Virus record (IMG/VR): IMGVR_UViG_3300048502_000133
Location: 21,431 to 85,430 of that record
From: a virus
Taxonomy: Duplodnaviria; Caudoviricetes
Direction: 5' to 3' (one strand)
Length of the DNA stretch: 64,000 nucleotides
Below are positions 1-9,148 of the stretch, piece after piece (the stretch's first letter is position 1; each line of letters opens with the position of its first letter). The notes beneath the pieces are model-generated. The model was not told the DNA's origin. It searched no databases and was given only the letters and a program-made list of their open reading frames with translations. The translations under genes were made by a program, and so were the position numbers.

Positions 1-1
1 T

Positions 2-766
2 GTAGTCGCGGGAGCACAGAACGCCCTGGCGTATGAACCCTATAGAAACGGGTTTTCCGCGTTTCGGGCCAACGGGATCGCCGCGACCGCCACGCTCGAT
101 CTCGCGCTCCATCGCCCCTGGATCCTACCAGGCCCTCGTATCTACCCCAATGACCCGTTGTACTTCAAGCGCAACCCCCGGCAGAATCCGTATATTCGCG
201 AATATGGCGCCCGCGTCTACCGGACAGCCCAGGCACTGGTGCCCTTCGGCGTGAAATCTTTCGCGCTCTGGGCCGATGCCAATATCCTGGGCCTGTTGCC
301 CGTCGAAGCCAACGCCCCGCCGATGGCAGGCCCCCGCGAACGGGGCGTGTCCCCGGAAGTCTGGGGATCGCTGATCTGCGAAGGAGCATCGTACGCGCGT
401 GCGGGAGGCGCCCAGGAAGTCCACGCCGGAGCGCTGCTCTGGCGCCCGGACACCGGAGCGTATCTCAGTAACGCGCTGCGGTATCTACGCTCCAGCGGGA
501 TCCGGCGCTTGCCGGTGGAGGGCGTCACCCTGGCGGTCACCGGCTCCTGGGGCGTCGAAGACGCCCGGCAAGCGTTCGCGATGCTGCGGGACACCATCGC
601 CCAGGTCTACCCACGCGCGGAGTACCAGATCAGCGTCCAGGCGATGGGCATCCTGGCGGAAAACACCTACGAAGTCCTGGCGCCGCTGTGTGATGCGTTC
701 TACTACCCGGCGCTTTCCGGCGCCGCGCTTGACGGAATCCTGGTCCCGGTCGCCCCTACAGCCTAG
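2..766 (+). CDS. GH-A (TIM-barrel) glycoside-hydrolase-like protein, catalytic glutamates apparently lost; 5' end outside window
   Basis: Frame is open from base 2. Aligns by eye with 44286..45329 (GVSPEVWGSLI vs SLAPEVFGALL; GAYLSNALRYLRSSG vs GGYMDKAIAYLRAAG) but has WADAN for WNEPN and VQAMG for VGEWG. Confidence 0.55.
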   Translation, partial: VVAGAQNALAYEPYRNGFSAFRANGIAATATLDLALHRPWILPGPRIYPNDPLYFKRNPRQNPYIREYGARVYRTAQALVPFGVKSFALWADANILGLLPVEANAPPMAGPRERGVSPEVWGSLICEGASYARAGGAQEVHAGALLWRPDTGAYLSNALRYLRSSGIRRLPVEGVTLAVTGSWGVEDARQAFAMLRDTIAQVYPRAEYQISVQAMGILAENTYEVLAPLCDAFYYPALSGAALDGILVPVAPTA

Positions 767-780
767 AGAACGGAGAAGTC

Positions 781-1617
781 ATGTATTCCGCAGCATCACC
801 TTCACTTACTACCCCCGGCGGGAGAGGGCTAGGGTACCGGCGGAGGCTGGATCACCCGGCGGTGCTTCCGCGTATCGGCCACCTCCCGCTCACCGACGCA
901 CTGCCCCCGCTGGTCGATCTCCGGCCCCAATTTATGGGCGTCGTGGATCAAGCCCAGTACGGCACCTGCACTGCCAACGGCATGGCCGCGCAGATAGAGC
1001 ACGCCATGATCCGACAGGGTATCAAGGTCTACCAGCATCGCTCTCGCAGTTTCCTGTACTACTGGAGCGGCAAGCTGGAGGGACAGGTCACCGTCCTGGA
1101 CAATGGCCGCGATCCCCGCGACGTGCTGGACGCCGCCAACAAATACGGCACGCCGCCCGAAAGCGAGTGGGGCTACTACCCGATCGTCAGCGTGGAAGAA
1201 GTCCCCTCCGCGAAAGCGGATCAGGACGCGACACGCCGCCTGGTCACCAAGGGAATGATGGTCGATCCGACACTCAGCGCGGTGAAAACGGCGCTGACGC
1301 ATGGGTACGGCGTCGGTATAGCTACCAGTGTCTGGTCCTCTTTTGAAGGCTCCCAGGCGCTGGGTACGGGCGTCTGCCCCCTGCCTGTGCGCGGTGAATC
1401 CCTGCTGGGCTACCACTGGATGGTGATCGTCGGGTATGCCGACATCGCCGGTCTTCCTGGGGTACCGCCGGGCTATTTCGTGGTGCGTAACTCCTGGGGT
1501 ACCGGCGTCGGGCTCAAGGGGCACTGGCTGCTGCCTGAAGCGTGGCTCACTGCCATTGACCCGAACGGGAATCCGCTCACCCAGGAACTGATCGCGGTAG
1601 AAACGGTCACCCCGTAG
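781..1617 (+). CDS. Papain-like cysteine peptidase (family C1)
   Basis: DLRP..DQ..YGTCTAN (oxyanion Gln, catalytic Cys), YHWMVIVGY (His), VVRNSWG (Asn). Confidence 0.9.
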   Translation: MYSAASPSLTTPGGRGLGYRRRLDHPAVLPRIGHLPLTDALPPLVDLRPQFMGVVDQAQYGTCTANGMAAQIEHAMIRQGIKVYQHRSRSFLYYWSGKLEGQVTVLDNGRDPRDVLDAANKYGTPPESEWGYYPIVSVEEVPSAKADQDATRRLVTKGMMVDPTLSAVKTALTHGYGVGIATSVWSSFEGSQALGTGVCPLPVRGESLLGYHWMVIVGYADIAGLPGVPPGYFVVRNSWGTGVGLKGHWLLPEAWLTAIDPNGNPLTQELIAVETVTP

Positions 1618-1640
1618 CCGAACACTGCATAGACACGCAC

Positions 1641-1684
1641 ACGCCCCCTCCGTCCTCAAAAAGGGACGGAGGGGGCGTTTTTTG
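1641..1684 (+). terminator. Rho-independent terminator between convergent late and early operons
   Basis: 15-bp perfect stem ACGCCCCCTCCGTCC/GGACGGAGGGGGCGT followed by a T tract. Confidence 0.9.
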
Positions 1685-1689
1685 CGTTC

Positions 1690-2697
1690 TCACGATGCTA
1701 CAAGCTGATCCGCCAGCGAGAGTGCATCTACCGGCCAATACACGCGCGGGCGCGGCTGCAAAATACCGCGTAGACGCCCTCCGCCCCCAGGCTTACAATA
1801 CAGCACTACCCGGCGCCACTGGCCGGGCAAGGCATCCAGGCCATACAGTGCCCCGACCAGCGCGCCGCAGATAGCGCCGTTCGTGTCCGTATCGCCGCCG
1901 CTGCCTACGGTGCGCACCATCGCCTCTTCGCAGGTAGGCGCATGGAGCGCCTGGTAAAACGCGTTCTGCAGCGCCACCAGCACCCGCCCGCTGCTGGTGA
2001 CGAACGCCGGAGGCTCCGACCGCGCCGCTTCCAGGGCATGGGTCACTTCGCGGCTCCGCCCGTTTTTCTGGTCCCAGGCCCGCGCGACCGCGTAGGCACC
2101 CTCTGGGTCCAGCCCTTCGCGAATCACCGCCGCCAGCGCCACCAGATACGCCTTTGAGGCATCCTTGCAGACCTGATTCGGGTGGGTCATCGTGGTGTCC
2201 AGATCAACCCACAGCGCCAGCTGCCAGTCCGGGAGCCGGTGCCCCCAGATCGCCAGCGGGCTCTGCCGCATCAGCGCTCCGTTTGCCTGGCTGTCCGGAT
2301 TCGCGACCGCCCGCCCGGTACTCGCCAGCGGCGCGCCTCTGCGGCGTGCCTCCGCCATACCGCGCGTGGCGCGCCCGACCGTTCCGCCCACGTCGAAGGG
2401 CGCGCTTTCCAACCAGTCGGTATAGGCGCCCGCCACGTCCTCTTCATCGTACGCCCCACAGCGCACCAGCGACCGGGCCAGCGCCAGCGCCAGCTCAGAG
2501 TCATCGGTGGGCTGCCCCGCGATGGTCTGCCAGATCGGGCTGGGTCCGATGGTCCGAACGCCGCCGGGGAAGGCGTCCTCGATAGCCTCCGGCGGCATGA
2601 ACTCCACCTGGCTTCCCAGGGCATCGCCGGTCAACTGCCCCAGCAGGCACCCTGCGGCCCTGCTGCGCAGCGGCTCCGGTATGGTTCTCTTCTGCAT
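1690..2697 (-). CDS. draG: ADP-ribosylglycohydrolase (DraG/ARH family)
   Basis: GDALG, GQPTDDSELAL, NGALMR and GGDTDTNGAICGALVGA metal-binding motifs intact. Confidence 0.92.
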   Translation of the reverse strand: MQKRTIPEPLRSRAAGCLLGQLTGDALGSQVEFMPPEAIEDAFPGGVRTIGPSPIWQTIAGQPTDDSELALALARSLVRCGAYDEEDVAGAYTDWLESAPFDVGGTVGRATRGMAEARRRGAPLASTGRAVANPDSQANGALMRQSPLAIWGHRLPDWQLALWVDLDTTMTHPNQVCKDASKAYLVALAAVIREGLDPEGAYAVARAWDQKNGRSREVTHALEAARSEPPAFVTSSGRVLVALQNAFYQALHAPTCEEAMVRTVGSGGDTDTNGAICGALVGALYGLDALPGQWRRVVLYCKPGGGGRLRGILQPRPRVYWPVDALSLADQLVAS

Positions 2698-2700
2698 GGT

Positions 2701-3363
2701 CTACTCCAGTCTTCGATAGATATACAGTGCATCACGCATCCCCATATAGCGCGGGAGCCGGTGGATCTCCTCCGGCCCCCGCCGCCCTTCCTCCAGGTGC
2801 GCAAAAAACGCCTTCGTTCCGGTGCATCCTCCCTCACCTTCTCCTATGTAAATCAGCGTGTCGCCCTCATACGCCGCCAGCGCGTCGGCTGCCATTTCGG
2901 TATCGAACGGTGGCCAGCACAAAAACAGCGTGTGATCCTGGTGTCTCGACAGCACCTCATGGGAGCCCGTCAGTACCTCTGTCCAGTAGCGATAGGGGTT
3001 CCCGATTTTCAGTAATTCATTCCAGCTACCGTCATCGTAGGCGACCACCTCCACGCCCCGCGCCTCCAGCAGGGCTGCCCAGTACCCCAGGCCCGCGCCT
3101 ATCTCGACAATCGGCCCATGCTTCGCGATAAGCGAGAGCGCCCGTTCATCGGGGATTGCCCAGGAAAACGCCCGTACCAGCTGCTGGCGCGTGGCCCAGT
3201 CCACGTCATAGGTGCCCTCTCCGTAGTACGCCTGCAGGAAAGGAAAACGCGATCCGATGCCGGTGTAGGCTGCCTGCATGTGGCGTAGGTAGGGGTTAGC
3301 CTGTACGGCCCCCTTCAACCGGGCCAGCGTCTCCGCGATCGCCTCGATCTGGTCCTGCATCAC
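2701..3363 (-). CDS. Class I SAM-dependent methyltransferase-like protein
   Basis: IVEIGAGLGYW motif I, VVAYD, LFLCWPP. Confidence 0.7.
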   Translation of the reverse strand: MMQDQIEAIAETLARLKGAVQANPYLRHMQAAYTGIGSRFPFLQAYYGEGTYDVDWATRQQLVRAFSWAIPDERALSLIAKHGPIVEIGAGLGYWAALLEARGVEVVAYDDGSWNELLKIGNPYRYWTEVLTGSHEVLSRHQDHTLFLCWPPFDTEMAADALAAYEGDTLIYIGEGEGGCTGTKAFFAHLEEGRRGPEEIHRLPRYMGMRDALYIYRRLE

Positions 3364-3680
3364 GACTTCTCCTCCCTCAACGCTGCCTGGGCCAGATCAA
3401 GATACACATCGGCCCCTTCGCGCAGCCGATGCGCTTCAGCAGCGAGAGTACCGGCGCGATCGCGTAACGAGCTTTCTAGCGCGGTTAATTCCATTGCCAG
3501 CGCCGCCCACCGCGCGCGCTCCTCCATCGTGTCTTCCAGCGTGAACGGCACCTGAGCGGCGCCGCGCAGCGCTTCTGCCAGCTCCAGAGCGCGGAGCCGG
3601 AGCTTCTCCACCCGTAGCGCTCCTTTGTACGCCCGCGCGACCTTCTCCACCTCCGCAGCCGCGTCCTCTAGCGTGGGCAT
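3360..3680 (-). CDS. Hypothetical helical protein
   Basis: ORF overlap-coupled to neighbours; no recognisable motif. Confidence 0.6.
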   Translation of the reverse strand: MPTLEDAAAEVEKVARAYKGALRVEKLRLRALELAEALRGAAQVPFTLEDTMEERARWAALAMELTALESSLRDRAGTLAAEAHRLREGADVYLDLAQAALREEKS

Positions 3681-3973
3681 GGCATCGTCCCTTCAAAGTG
3701 CTCCCCGAAGATAGTGATCCCGCCGGGGCAGAACGACAGCACTGCAACGGCGCGCACCAGCTCATTGAACATGGTCGCGGTGTCTGTCCCGGCTTTCCGG
3801 GCGCTGGGGCTAGTGATGCGGTACAGCAAGGCCTCTCCAGACGGGCCTAGCTTTTCCTCTGCCCAGCGTCGTGCCCAGGTCAGATCCTGCTCCTGTGCCC
3901 CGCCGCGTGCCTGCAGCTCCTGGATACGCAGCGGCACTGCCAGCGCCAACATGGCCCCCAGTAACGGGTTCAT
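3668..3973 (-). CDS. Hypothetical phage protein
   Basis: ATG with AGGAGG upstream; coupled to next gene. Confidence 0.6.
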   Translation of the reverse strand: MNPLLGAMLALAVPLRIQELQARGGAQEQDLTWARRWAEEKLGPSGEALLYRITSPSARKAGTDTATMFNELVRAVAVLSFCPGGITIFGEHFEGTMPCPR

Positions 3974-4135
3974 GGGTACGCCTCCTTACGTCTTTCTGGA
4001 CACCTACAGCGTGATATGCAGGCGTGTAATAGGGTGCTGGTGGGGTATCAAAAAAGTGTGCCAGGCTCCCCAGGAGCACAAAGATCAACGCTGTTGCCGC
4101 GATCATGACCAGCGCTGTTGCCCACTGTTCCCGGC

Positions 4136-4510
4136 TCACAGGTGTTCCTCCTCTTCCACGCGGGCACCTGCCGCCGGGATGCTCTCCAGCTGGCCCAGCT
4201 GGCGGGCTGCCTCCAGTACGCGGTAGATCGCAATATCGACGTTGTTCTTTGCGCGCGCCACGACACCTTCTACCAGCGGATCCAGACGATCCAGCGCCTC
4301 CTGGATAACCACGAACTCCTGATCCACCAGCGCGGCGCGATCGGCGGTCTCCGGCGGCCACGATCCTTTCAGCTCCTGTAGCGATTCACGCAGTCGCCCT
4401 GCTGCCTCCTGGACGTTCCCTGCGGCGCTTCGTTCGTTATACGCGTCATCTACCTGCGTGAGCCGTACCGCAAGATTGCGCACGCCCTGCTGCCGTAACC
4501 CTGTAGTCAC
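4136..4510 (-). CDS. Hypothetical protein
   Basis: GTG at 4510 preceded by AGGAGGA; helical composition. Confidence 0.55.
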   Translation of the reverse strand: MTTGLRQQGVRNLAVRLTQVDDAYNERSAAGNVQEAAGRLRESLQELKGSWPPETADRAALVDQEFVVIQEALDRLDPLVEGVVARAKNNVDIAIYRVLEAARQLGQLESIPAAGARVEEEEHL

Positions 4511-4688
4511 TGTCTTTCCTCCTGCACCGGCAGAACGCACCGGGCGAGGGCCAGGGTGTTCCCGCACCCCGTCGCACCACGTCTCGTAGCGGCTACTAGG
4601 CGCCTTCGCGGGAACGTCAGCGCCGTTTGTCTCTCACACCGTTCACGTAGCACGTAAACCTTGCCCGGTCTGTTCTGCCGGTACCCCT

Positions 4689-5327
4689 TCAATTCCAGGC
4701 TGCCTGGTGCTCCAGCTTGCCGCGCGTGATGACCGTCTCCGCCACCCCGTTGTACATGCGGCAGTCCTTGACCGTCCCTGCCAGCAGCAGCACGTCCCCG
4801 ACCTGGGCGCTGGCCCGCGTGGCGAACCACACCAGGATCCGGCCCTGCTCATCCTTCATCTTCAGCATCGTGCTGACCCCGTACGAACCGTAAATCTCCT
4901 TCGCGATCAGGATTTCCACCTGGGTGATGATTTTCGATCCCACCGGCGCAACGTGCGTATTGGCGCTTGCCGGGAGCGCGGCGATCTGGGCCTGCTTGGC
5001 TGCCTGGCGTGCCAGGTACCGATCGTACGCGTTGACTGCGTTCGCCACGAAGGGCGCCTCATACGCCTTGCAGGTATCGCCCGCCACTGCCTGCACCATG
5101 CGCAGCGTGAACTCATCCCCGCTGGTGTACTGGGTACGCATCCAGCCGATCGCCGCCTGTGCCTTCGCTTCGTCTTCCTCTTCCGTCAGCGCCACGATGG
5201 CCATATCCACCGTTGACGTGATGCCCTGCTCCATCGCGGTCTTCTTGCTGACCCACCCGTACTGGCGAATCGCGGCGGCTACGCTGGTGGCGAACCCGAT
5301 AACGTTGATAGTGGCCTTGCTGCTCAT
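4689..5327 (-). CDS. Phage protein with C-terminal OB-fold-like nucleic-acid-binding domain
   Basis: C-terminal beta-rich segment (GSYGVSTMLKMKDEQGRILVWF..GDVLLLAGTVK..YNG..ETVITR); directly downstream of an operator-promoter. Confidence 0.6.
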   Translation of the reverse strand: MSSKATINVIGFATSVAAAIRQYGWVSKKTAMEQGITSTVDMAIVALTEEEDEAKAQAAIGWMRTQYTSGDEFTLRMVQAVAGDTCKAYEAPFVANAVNAYDRYLARQAAKQAQIAALPASANTHVAPVGSKIITQVEILIAKEIYGSYGVSTMLKMKDEQGRILVWFATRASAQVGDVLLLAGTVKDCRMYNGVAETVITRGKLEHQAAWN

Positions 5328-5368
5328 GGTCCCGACTCCTTCAGTGCTGCTCTCTTACCGACAAGAGT

Positions 5369-5397
5369 AGCATACCATACGTTGCAACGCGTGTCAA
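5369..5397 (-). promoter_or_regulatory. sigma70 promoter with CGTTGCAACG operator in spacer
   Basis: Minus strand TTGACA-cgCGTTGCAACGtatgg(17 nt)-TATGCT. Confidence 0.9.
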
Positions 5398-5603
5398 CCC
5401 CCATCTATCAAACTCCGCGCGTTTATCTCCTCCTGGAGCCGGTCTTTGAGTGTCTTCAGCGACTGCTGGGTACGGCGTACCGAACGGCGTAGATCCGCCG
5501 GGAGTTCGGAGACGCCTACGTTTTCGACCAGCTGCTGCGCGCGAGAGACAATCGAGAGCACGCGCCGGGTCTCCTTGAGCAATTGATCATCCTTGAGCGG
5601 CAT
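5394..5603 (-). CDS. Small hypothetical protein
   Basis: 69 aa ORF; its TGA stop lies inside the TTGACA -35 box of the next promoter. Confidence 0.55.
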   Translation of the reverse strand: MPLKDDQLLKETRRVLSIVSRAQQLVENVGVSELPADLRRSVRRTQQSLKTLKDRLQEEINARSLIDGG

Positions 5604-6699
5604 GTGGTCTTCCTAGCGCGTAATCTTTAGTGATCACACCGGCACTGGCGGCGCCGCGCAACGTAGGCGGCATGTAGAATCTGCCGGTGATCTTGCCGAA
5701 CAGCTTGCCGCGCCCGTTCGTGCCGTACTCGCGAAAATGCCCGCGCGCGGTGTGCAATCGTACCGTCCTGGTGGGTCCGCCCGCTTCTCCACGTACTGCC
5801 CGCACCTTGGGCGTTTTTAAGGGATCCAGCGTCAAGACTTTATACTCCGTCAGCGGGAGTTTTCCCATGATGCGCCGGGTCTTCTGCGCGCCTTCCGGCG
5901 CCGCGCGATCCTCCAGCAGGATGTTGTTGCAGTGCAGGAGCGAGAACGCCCAGAGCGACACGCACGCACAGTACGCACTCCCCAGCTGGTCCTTGCGGTA
6001 CAGCTCTTCCGCCCTCGCGCTTCCCCTTTTGGCAAGGCGATCCGCCTCCAGCAAGGCCATGATTTCCGGAGTTTCCACGAACGCACCCAGGCAGAGGTGC
6101 CCGTCTTCATCCAGCCAGAAGGACTGGCCTGCGGTGAGCCGGACAACATCATCACGTTTGTACTTGATAAACCCGCTGAGAGACATAAGCCACCGAAGAC
6201 GCGGTTCCTGGTGGTGGCGGAAGAACCACCGGGACGCCGCCGCCGCGCGATCTTCTTTTATGGTAGGCTCCATGATCTGAGAAAAGCGCTCCGGCGTCAT
6301 GCTGGCGATGCTGCGTATATCCTGGCACTCAATGAGCGCCGCTGCCCCCTCAATGGCTGGGTTTACCACCCCGTTCGCGGTGTAGACTCTATCCCACTCC
6401 ACCCACGTCAGCGGGTATGGAGGCACGAGTGAGCCGTAGCGCTCCGTAAAGAGGGTGGAGAACATCGTTTCATCGTTCAGATCTCCGGACACCCACTCCA
6501 GGGAGAGCCCGGTACTGAGGGTGTCGCTGGCGTAGTTGACCCGGAGCGCTGTTGCCCCGCGTATCACCTCCAGCACCATCTCTGCCTCTTTGTACGTGTG
6601 GAGCGCGTACGGGTTCTTCTTGAGCGCTTCGCGTGGGATGCGCTGATGCAAGAGCGTTTTCTTCCGGGCCATCTCCAGGTACTCATCTCGCAGGCTCAT
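5587..6699 (-). CDS. Hypothetical phage protein with basic H-x-x-RGH-x-R C-terminal motif
   Basis: Likely start MSLRDEY at 6699; C-terminus LHTARGHFREYG..FYMPPTLRG..GVITKDY resembles a recurring phage motif. Confidence 0.7.
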   Translation of the reverse strand: MSLRDEYLEMARKKTLLHQRIPREALKKNPYALHTYKEAEMVLEVIRGATALRVNYASDTLSTGLSLEWVSGDLNDETMFSTLFTERYGSLVPPYPLTWVEWDRVYTANGVVNPAIEGAAALIECQDIRSIASMTPERFSQIMEPTIKEDRAAAASRWFFRHHQEPRLRWLMSLSGFIKYKRDDVVRLTAGQSFWLDEDGHLCLGAFVETPEIMALLEADRLAKRGSARAEELYRKDQLGSAYCACVSLWAFSLLHCNNILLEDRAAPEGAQKTRRIMGKLPLTEYKVLTLDPLKTPKVRAVRGEAGGPTRTVRLHTARGHFREYGTNGRGKLFGKITGRFYMPPTLRGAASAGVITKDYALGRPHAAQG

Positions 6700-6998
6700 C
6701 CTCGCGATCCCCAGGGGAGACCGTCCGGCGCCCGCTGGGCGTCCCCGGCTGCCTCCATGCAATAGGTACAGACGAAGCCCGCCGGTACCCAGCCCTGCCC
6801 GTCTACCCAGGTCTCATCCTGCAGTTGAGGCAGCGGTAGGATCCGATCGCCGCAGCCCTTGCAGACCACGGCCTCTACCAGCAACCGGGCCTGGCAGACG
6901 GGACAGGCGATCGATCCCTCGATCGCCACGTCCACTACGGTCGCTGCCTGGCAGAAGTCGCACGAAGTAACGTAGGTACGAATCATCTGTTGTATCAC
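6696..6998 (-). CDS. Multi-CxxC zinc-finger protein
   Basis: Four CxxC pairs; GTG start overlaps upstream stop. Confidence 0.6.
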   Translation of the reverse strand: MIQQMIRTYVTSCDFCQAATVVDVAIEGSIACPVCQARLLVEAVVCKGCGDRILPLPQLQDETWVDGQGWVPAGFVCTYCMEAAGDAQRAPDGLPWGSRG

Positions 6999-7261
6999 GC
7001 CTGTACCCCCTTCTTCTCTGTCCCCGGCACTGCATGAATCCCCCACTGGATCGCCTTCACAACCGCCGCAGCGTGCTTGCAGACGTTGCCATGCTGGCCC
7101 GCCTGGCAATCGCAGGAGAGGTTCGTCCAGGAGCGCCCCGTTACCACGATGGTGTAGTCCTTGACCCGGTACTGCCCAGGACGCTCCTTGTAGACAATCA
7201 GCCTCTCCGCGACCGCGCGTTGCCAGGCTGCCTGCCACGTATTGACGATCTTCTCACTCAC
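6995..7261 (-). CDS. SWIM zinc-finger protein
   Basis: SCDC..(8)..CKHAAAV motif; first gene after an operator-promoter. Confidence 0.85.
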   Translation of the reverse strand: MSEKIVNTWQAAWQRAVAERLIVYKERPGQYRVKDYTIVVTGRSWTNLSCDCQAGQHGNVCKHAAAVVKAIQWGIHAVPGTEKKGVQA

Positions 7262-7297
7262 TGCCGTTCTCCTTAGTGGTCCCTGTCTCTACTAAGA

Positions 7298-7326
7298 AGA
7301 ATACCATACGTTGCAACGCGTGTCAA
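7298..7326 (-). promoter_or_regulatory. sigma70 promoter with CGTTGCAACG operator
   Basis: Minus strand TTGACA-cgCGTTGCAACGtatgg-TATTCT. Confidence 0.9.
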
Positions 7327-7332
7327 GGGGTA

Positions 7333-7533
7333 TCAGACAGATTCCGCAGGGACGCGCGGCGGCGGGCCTGGTTCGTTGCACTTGGCCCGGAGTCTGTCTA
7401 TCTCGACAAGCAGGCGCCGGACGCTGCTGATAGAGACGCGGGCCAGATCTTCTTCTTCAGGCGTGGCGTACTGCGCGATCGCCCGCATCATGTACTCCCA
7501 GTCAGCGTTCAGGCGACCGGGTATTACGTCCAT
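7333..7533 (-). CDS. Small hypothetical protein
   Basis: 66 aa ORF coupled to upstream gene. Confidence 0.5.
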   Translation of the reverse strand: MDVIPGRLNADWEYMMRAIAQYATPEEEDLARVSISSVRRLLVEIDRLRAKCNEPGPPPRVPAESV

Positions 7534-8096
7534 GGGTTGCCGCCCCTGGCGATGATCTCGTGTGCGTTCGGTACCGGGTAGCCCGGCTGCCCGCCCAGCT
7601 CAATTCTGGGGTAGGCGCTATACGGGCGTGCGTGCTCTTCGGTAACGATCTGGAAGTCTCCCCGCGCGCCTATCGTGCGGGTCAACAGCCCCGCCCAGAG
7701 GTGTGTAAGGATCGCCCAGGGCGTGTGGGGTTGATTGATCATGCCTGGGTTCCCCAGGTAGCGCTGGAAGTCTTCGGTAGTGAGTATCAAGCGCACGTCT
7801 ATATCACGCGGGTCGCGGCGCTTCAGTGCAGAACCCACCAGGAACGGGCGCGTGCCGTAGGCCATATGCACCCAGGCGCCGAACTCGTTGAGCGCCAGCC
7901 ACTGGGGCATCCCCACCCCGATCGGCTGCGGGTGCTGTCCCGTCGCGGTCTTCTCCCCTTGCTGAATATCCGCAAGGAAGAACGCCCCGCAGCTGGCGCA
8001 TACGTAGGTAGACGGCGTAGGGAAAGACGGTTCGCCCCATGCCTCCAGGCGAAGGTGCGCACAGGTGGCCAGTTTTGAGGCTTCAGGGTCTGCCAT
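7524..8096 (-). CDS. Pol-beta-superfamily nucleotidyltransferase with N-terminal zinc ribbon
   Basis: PFLVGSALKRRDPRDIDVRLIL (GS + DxD); N-terminal CAH..CASC. Confidence 0.75.
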   Translation of the reverse strand: MADPEASKLATCAHLRLEAWGEPSFPTPSTYVCASCGAFFLADIQQGEKTATGQHPQPIGVGMPQWLALNEFGAWVHMAYGTRPFLVGSALKRRDPRDIDVRLILTTEDFQRYLGNPGMINQPHTPWAILTHLWAGLLTRTIGARGDFQIVTEEHARPYSAYPRIELGGQPGYPVPNAHEIIARGGNPWT

Positions 8097-8106
8097 GGGT
8101 GCTCCT

Positions 8107-8625
8107 CTAGCTTTCTCGCGGCATGGGCACTTGCGCACCGCGCAGGGCCACGACGCGTGGATTAGTCGTTAACAGACGCAGCACACGCACGCGCGTCAGT
8201 GGGTGCAAAATGATCCGGGTGTGGTTTTTCTCGTACCACGCCGCTACTTCCCAGGCGCCGGTGATCGCCCGCCCAGCGCCCATCCAGTCAGCGACCATCT
8301 CTCGTACATAGCGCTCCGGCATCTTGAGCACAGCCGTTTCGCCGTTATCGTTCCGCAGGATCCAATGCTGCCAGTGGTGCTTATTGGCGTGCTGGTGATG
8401 GAGCCATGCCGCGTCGAAGTCCCGGCGCCGCTGCTCCAGGCGGGCGGCGTTCGTGGTCTTCTTGCCATAGAAGAAGGTCACGTACGGCCCCCACTCCGCA
8501 GGGGTGAGCTTTGACCAGTCGTGTAGCACCAGCCGCCACCAGGGGGCGCCCGTCGCCAGCCCTGCCAGGAAGACATAGTACTTGTGCCGCAGGATATACC
8601 GGGCATATTTCAGGTGCGCAATCAT
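8107..8625 (-). CDS. DUF5662-like HD-type metal-binding protein
   Basis: RHKYYVF..LHDWSKL..AWLHHQHANKHHWQHW..MPERYVREMVADWMGAG. Confidence 0.8.
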   Translation of the reverse strand: MIAHLKYARYILRHKYYVFLAGLATGAPWWRLVLHDWSKLTPAEWGPYVTFFYGKKTTNAARLEQRRRDFDAAWLHHQHANKHHWQHWILRNDNGETAVLKMPERYVREMVADWMGAGRAITGAWEVAAWYEKNHTRIILHPLTRVRVLRLLTTNPRVVALRGAQVPMPRES

Positions 8626-8647
8626 GGGTGCTCCTTCCTTTCGGGTA

Positions 8648-9148
8648 TTACAGCGTGTCGCCTTCGGGTGTCTGCTGTGCGAACTCCTCCCGCTTCTTCG
8701 TGGCGGCGCTGAGTAGCCAGGCTTTCCAGGTATCCAGGCTCACCTCTGTCCACCCTTTGGGGTTGCTCAGGTTGTGGTACCAGAGGCAATGCACGTCCTC
8801 ATCATAGACCACGATCAGCACCGGGCATCCTAGCAACCGCCCCGCGCGCCGGGCAATCTCTGCCTGCACGCCGCCATGGTAGCGCTCCAGAATGGCGGCA
8901 AAATACGCCGGAGAAGGCGTAGCGCCCCAGTCTTTACCGTCCTTGTAGCGATCCCGAAGCGTCAGTTCCAGGGCAACTATCGGGTGCCACTCCCCACCCG
9001 CAAATGCCCACTCCACAGAGTCAATATCCAGCGGGTACGGCGCCCCGGCGCCGAACTTCCGCCGCGCCTCTACATAGGGAATCGTCCGATCCAGCCCGTC
9101 TTCCCGTTGCCGCGCTTTATGGCCACCAGGGAGAGTATCTTTACTCAC
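8648..9148 (-). CDS. Possible PD-(D/E)xK nuclease-fold protein
   Basis: YPLDIDSVEW..IVALELT, then CPVLIVVY pattern. Confidence 0.45.
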   Translation of the reverse strand: MSKDTLPGGHKARQREDGLDRTIPYVEARRKFGAGAPYPLDIDSVEWAFAGGEWHPIVALELTLRDRYKDGKDWGATPSPAYFAAILERYHGGVQAEIARRAGRLLGCPVLIVVYDEDVHCLWYHNLSNPKGWTEVSLDTWKAWLLSAATKKREEFAQQTPEGDTL

